12,137 nt of DNA from Nanobdellati archaeon. GTDB taxonomy: Archaea > EX4484-52 > GLR71. The position numbers and the translations under genes are program-made. Location of the stretch: contig JAHYJR010000010.1 in NCBI GenBank assembly GCA_019429005.1, positions 1 to 12,137 of the forward strand, read 5' to 3'. Under the pieces are notes generated by a model, which was not told the origin of the DNA, made no database searches, and saw only the letters and a program-made list of their open reading frames with translations. Positions 1 through 5,642 of the stretch are shown piece by piece (within the stretch, counting starts at the first letter, position 1; each line of letters begins with the position of its first letter).

Positions 1-127
1 CAACATACAATAAAGATGCAAACATAGGCATAAACACAAGAAGCGGCGGGAATGTTTGGGACGACTCAAGATATTCAGCAACAACATACAATAAAGATGC
101 AAACATAGGCATAAACACAAGAAGCGG
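1..127 (+). repeat. 81-bp-period coding direct repeat (46 bp identical at 1-46 and 82-127)
   Basis: CAACATACAATAAAGATGCAAACATAGGCATAAACACAAGAAGCGG occurs at 1 and at 82; the period is 27 codons. Confidence 0.95.
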
Positions 128-170
128 TGGAACAGTATGGTGTGATGAAGATAACTGGTGTCACAGTTAG
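1..170 (+). CDS. 3' end of a repeat-containing hypothetical protein (partial, enters from the left edge)
   Basis: The frame starting at base 3 is open to TAG 168-170: TYNKDANIGINTRSGGNVWDDSRYSAT-TYNKDANIGINTRSGGTVWCDEDNWCHS*. It has a 27-aa (81-bp) repeat and shares the GGxVWxDxRY motif with the next gene. Not in the ORF track because the start lies outside the window. Confidence 0.8.
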   Translation, partial: TYNKDANIGINTRSGGNVWDDSRYSATTYNKDANIGINTRSGGTVWCDEDNWCHS

Positions 171-189
171 ATTATAGAGATGAAATAAA

Positions 190-768
190 ATGATTAAAAA
201 AACACTTATCTTAACTACAATAATCTCACTTTATATCTTAATCTTAATGCCAACAGCATATGCAGAAATAAAATGTTATGCACCCTCCTGTAACTCTGAA
301 AACACATATAAAACAGTCACGTATAACATAGGTGGAACTGTTTGGAATGATCCTAGATACAGTCCAACACAAATCAACAATAACAATACAGTTAAATCTC
401 AAATGGGCGGAGTTATTTGGAGTGATCCAAGATATGCACCAAAAACACCAACTAAAACAAATTTCACATTAGGAATAACACAAAATTGGACAGTCTGGCA
501 CGATGAACGTTATGCACCAGATCAATTTGACCAAGATTTTTTCTTAATAAAACCGAAAACAACAACAACATACCAAAATACAAATTCATATAACACAAAC
601 AATTATAACACTAAATATTATAACTCAAAAAAGTACAACACCAAATATTATTATAAAAACGACAATCATAACAAAAAATATTATAAAACAGAACAACCAA
701 TAGAATTCAAACCCTGGAGAACAAGCGGTATAGAACTAAACTCTCATGAACTTATAAAAATATACTAA
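190..768 (+). CDS. Secreted hypothetical protein with three WxDxRY[SA]P repeats and an N/Y/K/T-rich tail
   Basis: Signal-peptide-like N-terminus (MIKK, hydrophobic stretch, AYA|E). Motifs GGTVWNDPRYSP, GGVIWSDPRYAP and NWTVWHDERYAP, followed by a region with 5-aa YNTK-type periodicity. Confidence 0.8.
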   Translation: MIKKTLILTTIISLYILILMPTAYAEIKCYAPSCNSENTYKTVTYNIGGTVWNDPRYSPTQINNNNTVKSQMGGVIWSDPRYAPKTPTKTNFTLGITQNWTVWHDERYAPDQFDQDFFLIKPKTTTTYQNTNSYNTNNYNTKYYNSKKYNTKYYYKNDNHNKKYYKTEQPIEFKPWRTSGIELNSHELIKIY

Positions 769-790
769 AAAATTTTAAAAAAATCAGTTA

Positions 791-801
791 AAAATATAAA
801 A
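791..801 (+). promoter_or_regulatory. Putative archaeal TATA box for the tRNA gene
   Basis: AAAATATAAAA about 30 bp upstream of the mature tRNA 5' end. The AT-rich context limits certainty. Confidence 0.4.
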
Positions 802-830
802 CTACAACACCCCATATTATAATACTCTAT

Positions 831-905
831 GGGCCGGTGGTCTAGACTGGTTATGACATCGCCTCGACGTGGCGAGGATCGCCGGTTCAAATCCGGCTCG
901 GCCCA
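831..905 (+). tRNA. trnV: tRNA-Val (anticodon GAC), archaeal type, CCA not encoded
   Basis: Acceptor GGGCCGG/TCGGCCC with discriminator A905; D arm GTCTAGACTGGTTATGAC; anticodon stem TCGCC/GGCGA with loop TC-GAC-GT (866-868); T arm GCCGG-TTCAAAT-CCGGC. Confidence 0.93.
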
Positions 906-911
906 TACTTA

Positions 912-918
912 TTTTTTT
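912..918 (+). terminator. Oligo-T tract after the tRNA (putative archaeal terminator)
   Basis: T7 run 6 bp after the discriminator base. Confidence 0.45.
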
Positions 919-938
919 ACACCTACAAAATAATAACA

Positions 939-946
939 TTTATAAA
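939..946 (+). promoter_or_regulatory. Putative TATA box for a leaderless 969..1493 transcript
   Basis: TTTATAAA ends about 23 bp before ATG 969, and there is no obvious Shine-Dalgarno sequence. Confidence 0.4.
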
Positions 947-968
947 ATTGATTACTATCTAATATATC

Positions 969-1493
969 ATGGATTCAAATAAACCAGATCAATTTATTTC
1001 ATCAAAAAACGAAATATCAAATAGATATAATGATGAAATAACTGAAATTGAATGGAACCATACAGGCCAAAGTACTCTAAAACAGGGACTTTATAAAAAT
1101 AATAATACTAACGAAATGTACAGATGTGTAGAACTTATATTACCTTCAAATCAAAATGGTTATTTTAATGAGTCTGTAATACCTGTATTTATCGGCATAA
1201 AAATTCAAGACACAACTAAAGATTTAATAGATAAATTTGATCAGATATTTGAAATATTAGAAAACCACGAAAATGTAACATACCCCGAAACTTATTTTAT
1301 AGATCAATATATTGGAATCAATAAAGAAATTATAGAAAAACTTCAAAATAAAATTGATTTTATATTAGATATACAAGACGCATTAATACCAAAAATAACC
1401 GTTGATGGCGAAAAACTAGCAGATATTTATGTTTCTAGTAGATTTGATGGTAACGAATTATTAGATTTTAGTAAAGATGGTCAAAACACTTAA
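969..1493 (+). CDS. Hypothetical acidic protein (174 aa)
   Basis: Long ORF in AT-rich DNA with a plausible promoter; D/E/I/N-rich; no family motif recognised. Confidence 0.65.
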   Translation: MDSNKPDQFISSKNEISNRYNDEITEIEWNHTGQSTLKQGLYKNNNTNEMYRCVELILPSNQNGYFNESVIPVFIGIKIQDTTKDLIDKFDQIFEILENHENVTYPETYFIDQYIGINKEIIEKLQNKIDFILDIQDALIPKITVDGEKLADIYVSSRFDGNELLDFSKDGQNT

Positions 1494-1501
1494 TTCTAAG
1501 A

Positions 1502-2199
1502 TTAATCCACATTAAGATACTTAGAATCAAAATTATTTTTTAAAGTATCAACTATATTTTTTCACAATTCTGGTGACATAATTAAATCATCATTTGTTTT
1601 AGGAAACGATACAAGTATTGTTGGAGCAATATAAATTCCAGCATCAGACATAGAATTTGCAATTATACCAGTAGAACTATATTCAGAAAACATATATCCT
1701 GCAAATCCAATCCCCCCCTTCATAAGTTGGAAAAAAATCCAAACTCGGATGAACTGAAGATATAACAAGAGAATCTATCAAAGGAAGACCTTATCGCTCT
1801 TTTAGACCATATTCTTAAAATGATACTTCAATTGCATCAGTACTTGCTTTAACTAAACCTCTTAAATGACGAACCTCATCATGATTAAGAGTATTAAGAC
1901 CATATTATTATAGCAGTATGAAATATACCGCCCTTATTGACATCATGATTAAGAGTATTAAGACCATATTGACCATCAACCCCTAAATGTCTTTTAGAAA
2001 TAATCGCACAACGTCCTAAATATAGACCCTATCTTGGATTTAATGCGACAGTAAAAAGAAAATTATCTCCAATTATATTTGAATCATCTTTATCAGGCCC
2101 TATAAAACCCGTACATATCGGACAAGAATTATCATAAATATCTTCAATAGCTCTAAGATTCTATGCAAGTAGATACTTAGAAAAATTAATTGGTTTCAT
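1502..2199 (-). pseudogene. Degraded HIT-family-like (histidine triad superfamily) gene
   Basis: Manual reconstruction from ATG 2199: MKPINFSKYLLA*NLRAIEDIYDNSCPICTG...FTVALNPR*GLYLGRCAIISKRHLGVDGQYGLNTLNHD[64-bp insertion]EVRHLRGLVKASTDAIEVSF*EYGLKER*GLPLIDSLVISSVHPSLDFFPTYEGG[+1 G]IGFAGYMFSEY...SPEL*KNIVDTLKNNFDSKYLNVD*. CPIC, LGRCxIIxKRH and LxxLxxDE resemble HIT proteins, but the triad region is degenerate (VHPSLDFFPTY). Five in-frame stops (2161, 2029, 1815, 1791, 1562) and a frameshift in the C7 run at 1712-1718; about 210 aa when repaired. Confidence 0.75.
1877..1970. repeat. Perfect 30-bp direct repeat pair separated by a 34-bp unique insert
   Basis: CATCATGATTAAGAGTATTAAGACCATATT at 1877-1906 and 1941-1970; insert ATTATAGCAGTATGAAATATACCGCCCTTATTGA at 1907-1940. 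Confidence 0.95.
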
Positions 2200-2230
2200 A
2201 TAAACAATTATAAAATTTAACTTTAAATTA

Positions 2231-2569
2231 CTATTTAATAACAAGACTTTCCTTATACTTTTTTGCCATCTCAAATTCAGGCCCTAAAACAAGGCATTTT
2301 GTAGGACAAACTTCTTGACACCGTCCGCAAAAGATGCATTTTCCAAGATCAAGTGTCCAAATCTTTTCATCTCTAGATACAACAATTGCACCAGTCGGAC
2401 AAGCCCTCTGACACATACTGCAATAGATACATTTAGATTTGTTGTACTTATGTTTACCCCTAAAATCTTTTGACATTATTGGTTTAACATATGGATATTT
2501 CTGAGTAAAAGGTTTCTTAAAAAGATTTCCCACAACATCAAACAATAAATTAGCCATAATTAAAAACAC
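2231..2569 (-). CDS. mbhN: Group 4 [NiFe]-hydrogenase 2x[4Fe-4S] ferredoxin subunit (NuoI/EchF/MbhN-like)
   Basis: Two CxxCxxCxxxCP motifs (CIYCSMCQRACP, CIFCGRCQEVCP) and the N-terminal KKPFTQKYP...FRG pattern. GTG start. Symbol assigned from gene order. Confidence 0.9.
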   Translation of the reverse strand: MFLIMANLLFDVVGNLFKKPFTQKYPYVKPIMSKDFRGKHKYNKSKCIYCSMCQRACPTGAIVVSRDEKIWTLDLGKCIFCGRCQEVCPTKCLVLGPEFEMAKKYKESLVIK

Positions 2570-2570
2570 C

Positions 2571-3449
2571 TTAAAAAAATATTACCCTGAAAAGATCAAT
2601 AAATACAATAATCCCAGACATCCAATAGATGTTTACCGCCTGATTAATCTTTAAACGTGCAAAAATAACTCGGGAAATAAGAATTACAAACAATACAAAT
2701 ATACTTTTTAAAACAAAAATTAAAAGTGAAGAAGCACCACCCAAATAAAGCGATACCATTAAAGCTATAAGCACAAAGGTCTTAATCATATGAGCTAATT
2801 CAAGAATAGCTAACCTTGAACCCGTATATTCAGCAGTAGAACCTGCTACAATCTCTTGATGGCTCCCAGGTATATGAAATGGTGGCATCTCAATTTTAGC
2901 AAAAAAAGCAAGTAAAAAACCAAAACCAGCCAAAGGATATGAATTGATAAGCCAATTTGAATTATACACAATTGACGCAGAATTATTTACAACTGCAACT
3001 ACAACAATTGACATAGCAAGCACAATCTCATACGCAATCATTTGAACAATACCACGTATCGCACCGTGTATACCAAAAGGATTACCAGATGAAAAACCTG
3101 AAAGATAATATGCAAGAGAACTCAATACAAGCATATATAACACAAAGATAAGATCACCATTAAAAGATATCAAACCAGAAAAAACAATAGGGACTATAAG
3201 AGACACAATCAACACAGAAGATAAAGATATTACAGGCCAGATACTGAAACCATAACCTGACTGATGTGGGACAACACCCTCTTTTCCAAAAAGCTTGATT
3301 ATATCATAAACTGGTTGAATAATTGGAGGACCTACACGATTCTGCATAACTGCCGCAAGCTTTCTCAAAATACCAAAATAAAGGATACTTAAAACTAAAA
3401 CTAATAATATACCAGGATAAAACAGAATATTAAACATAGTCTCAATCAT
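2571..3449 (-). CDS. mbhM: Hydrogenase membrane subunit, complex I subunit 1 family (NuoH/EchB/MbhM-like)
   Basis: Motifs RKLAAVMQNRVGP, QPVYDIIKLFGKE, AYE, PPFH and EIVAGSTAEYTG; about 8 TM segments; GAGGT RBS. Confidence 0.93.
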   Translation of the reverse strand: MIETMFNILFYPGILLVLVLSILYFGILRKLAAVMQNRVGPPIIQPVYDIIKLFGKEGVVPHQSGYGFSIWPVISLSSVLIVSLIVPIVFSGLISFNGDLIFVLYMLVLSSLAYYLSGFSSGNPFGIHGAIRGIVQMIAYEIVLAMSIVVVAVVNNSASIVYNSNWLINSYPLAGFGFLLAFFAKIEMPPFHIPGSHQEIVAGSTAEYTGSRLAILELAHMIKTFVLIALMVSLYLGGASSLLIFVLKSIFVLFVILISRVIFARLKINQAVNIYWMSGIIVFIDLFRVIFF

Positions 3450-3460
3450 TCAAATTACCT

Positions 3461-4657
3461 CTAATTATATTTTTTATCAGCAATAGATCTTAAATTACTT
3501 GCATCAAGAATTTCATTTCCTGTTTGTTTTAATATAGTAACTCTATCTGTACAAGCAAAACAAGGATCAAGTGCACCTACAACAATAACAGGAACATCTG
3601 CTAAATCATGACCTATAAGCATAGTCTTGACAGATAAAAGATTAGCATAAGTAGGTGTTCGGATTTTCACACGTGCGGGTTTATTTGTACCATCAGATTT
3701 AACATAATATATCAGTTCTCCTCTTGGAGCTTCAACACGAGTTACAACCTCACCTGAAGGAACAATCAACGGCAATTTAATGTATATATCCCCTTTAGGT
3801 ATATGTTTAACACAATGTTTTACAATATCAGATGACACTATAAGTTCTTTTGCACGTACTACAACTTTTGAAAACACATCACCTTTAGTTTCAGTTATAA
3901 CATCAAATCGAATATATTTATAAGCCTCATATCCAGTATCACGCACATCATATTTTATTCCTGATGCTCTTGCTACAGGACCTACTGCAGAATATTTCTT
4001 TGCATCTTCTTTGCTTAATATACCAATATCTTTAGTCCTTAAAATAACAATATTATCTTTTGACACAATATCAATATAATGAATAACTTGTTTTTTTATG
4101 ATATCCATTGTCTTTGATATTTCGGAAAGTATTTTTGGATCCAAATCACGCCGTACACCACCGATTTTATTCATTGCATAATTGACACGATTTCCAGATA
4201 TTTTTTCAAGAAGATCCATTACATGTTCCCTATCACGCCAAACAAGTTGAAAAAGCGTATCAAGACCAATCTCATAACCAACAACACCAAGCCATAACAT
4301 ATGAGAATGAATCCTCTCTAACTCTGCAATAATTGTCCGAATATATTTAGCACGCATAGGAATCTCAGCACCATGTAACAATTCAATCGCACCACAATAT
4401 GCTATAGTGTGATGAGAACTGCAGATACCACAAATTCGCTCTGTAAGAAATACACTTTGAACATAATCTTTTTTCTCTAATGCTGCTTCAATCCCACGAT
4501 GAAGATAACCAACATTTATATCCGCATCTATTATTGTCTCACCATCAAGCCTAATATTAAAATATTCAGGCTCAAGAAGTGCAGGATGTTGTGGACCTAT
4601 TGGAATTGAATTTGATATATCTGAATTCACATTACATTTAGGTATCTTATCATCCAT
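3461..4657 (-). CDS. mbhL: Group 4 [NiFe]-hydrogenase large catalytic subunit (MbhL/EchE/HycE-like)
   Basis: GPQHP, GYLHRGIE, L1 motif ERICGICSSHH, AELERIHSH, EAPRGE and L2 motif DPCFACTDR followed by a C-terminal extension. All four Ni-binding Cys are present. Confidence 0.95.
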   Translation of the reverse strand: MDDKIPKCNVNSDISNSIPIGPQHPALLEPEYFNIRLDGETIIDADINVGYLHRGIEAALEKKDYVQSVFLTERICGICSSHHTIAYCGAIELLHGAEIPMRAKYIRTIIAELERIHSHMLWLGVVGYEIGLDTLFQLVWRDREHVMDLLEKISGNRVNYAMNKIGGVRRDLDPKILSEISKTMDIIKKQVIHYIDIVSKDNIVILRTKDIGILSKEDAKKYSAVGPVARASGIKYDVRDTGYEAYKYIRFDVITETKGDVFSKVVVRAKELIVSSDIVKHCVKHIPKGDIYIKLPLIVPSGEVVTRVEAPRGELIYYVKSDGTNKPARVKIRTPTYANLLSVKTMLIGHDLADVPVIVVGALDPCFACTDRVTILKQTGNEILDASNLRSIADKKYN

Positions 4658-4661
4658 AATA

Positions 4662-5042
4662 TCACTTCCTTAATGGTGTCTTTGGTGAATCGTGAGCAAG
4701 AAACAAATTTTCAGGTTCATCATTACCAACAATTTTCACACCAAGCATCTCTGACAATTCTCGCTCATACAATTTTGCACCTGGATACATCCCAATTATA
4801 GTATTTATTTTAGGATTATCACGCACAATCTCAATTTTTAAATTAATTGGAATATTATCCCAAATAAAAGTATATATTACTTCAATTACTTCCCCCGTAT
4901 CACAACCAGTAATATTTGAAATCCTATAGATTCCCAATTTCATTAATACGCTAAGAGCCTCTTCAAGATCTTTAACTAAAATATAATAACCGCTATTATC
5001 TTGCTTATACAAATTTCCCAATTCTTTTAACACAGCTTTCAT
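4662..5042 (-). CDS. mbhK: Hydrogenase NuoC-like subunit (MbhK/EchD-like)
   Basis: ITGCD, YPGAKLYERELSEMLGV and terminal PLRK motifs of the complex I 30-kDa family. Confidence 0.9.
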   Translation of the reverse strand: MKAVLKELGNLYKQDNSGYYILVKDLEEALSVLMKLGIYRISNITGCDTGEVIEVIYTFIWDNIPINLKIEIVRDNPKINTIIGMYPGAKLYERELSEMLGVKIVGNDEPENLFLAHDSPKTPLRK

Positions 5043-5078
5043 AAGTTATCACTTTTATTATAAAATATTATCAATCAA

Positions 5079-5531
5079 TTAATTAGTCTCAAGAAGTTCA
5101 ATCGCTTTAATAATCCCATCCATTATAGCCTCAGGTTTAGGCGGACAGCCAGGAACATAAATATCAACAGGTATAATTTTATCAACAGGCCCTACAGAAT
5201 TATATGCATCATGAAATATACCTTTTGAAATCGCACATGCACCTATTGCAACAACAACTTTGGGTTTTGACATCTGATGATATATAAGATCGACCACATC
5301 CTTATTCTTTGCAGTAACTGTACCTGCTATTGCAAATACATCTGAATGCCTAGGATTGCCTTTCTCTTGCATTCCAAAACGCTCAACATCATACCTCGGA
5401 CTAAGGCACGCAAAAGTCTCAATACTACAACCATTACATCCACCACACTCGTAATGTAAGACCCAAGGCGATTTCTTTCTTGCAATGTTTAATATCTTAT
5501 CTTTAATTCTAAAAAGAGCAGTCTTTATCAT
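5079..5531 (-). CDS. mbhJ: Group 4 [NiFe]-hydrogenase small subunit (NuoB/EchC/MbhJ-like)
   Basis: CNGCSIE, RYDVERFG, NPRHSD, GACAISKG and YVPGCPPKPE motifs. Confidence 0.95.
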   Translation of the reverse strand: MIKTALFRIKDKILNIARKKSPWVLHYECGGCNGCSIETFACLSPRYDVERFGMQEKGNPRHSDVFAIAGTVTAKNKDVVDLIYHQMSKPKVVVAIGACAISKGIFHDAYNSVGPVDKIIPVDIYVPGCPPKPEAIMDGIIKAIELLETN

Positions 5532-5554
5532 TATAGATATCTTTGTTAAGGTTG

Positions 5555-5566
5555 AATATATAGATT
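5555..5566 (-). promoter_or_regulatory. Putative TATA box of the hydrogenase operon
   Basis: Minus-strand TATATA (5557-5562) lies about 26 bp upstream of ATG 5531, the spacing typical of leaderless archaeal transcripts. Confidence 0.35.
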
Positions 5567-5642
5567 TGGGATTTGATTAATTAAAATTAAATTTTATAAA
5601 AATAATCAAACAATCCAACCAACAAAATAAAACATTCTTTAC

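Noticed and set aside
1-127. 46-bp repeats with a 35-bp gap as a CRISPR array
   Set aside because: The period is exactly 27 codons in an open frame, and the intervening sequence encodes a motif conserved in the neighbouring protein.
1562-1768. 68-aa ORF as an independent gene
   Set aside because: Its C-terminal part is the post-frameshift portion of the HIT-like pseudogene and its N-terminus is an off-frame read.
1803-1813. TAGACCATATT as a third, degenerate copy of the 30-bp repeat
   Set aside because: Only about 10 bp match, the spacing (93 bp) does not fit the 64-bp period, and it is explained by a recurring YGL peptide in the pseudogene.
1877-1970. Bona fide CRISPR array
   Set aside because: Only two repeats, no leader or cas genes, and the repeat is in-frame coding sequence of the surrounding pseudogene. 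Kept only as a possible ectopic integration scar.
1502-2199. Stop-codon reassignment (TAG=Gln) explaining the in-frame stops
   Set aside because: The interruptions include TAA, TGA, a frameshift and an insertion, and intact genes in the window (moxR, the large subunit, the NuoI-like gene) end normally at TAG.
831-2230. Integrated mobile element at tRNA-Val
   Set aside because: No integrase and no duplicated tRNA 3' end (att site) was found in the window.
2231-5531. NADH dehydrogenase (nuo) or Mbx/Mbs sulfane reductase annotation
   Set aside because: The large subunit has both complete CxxC Ni-binding motifs, which NuoD and MbxL lack.
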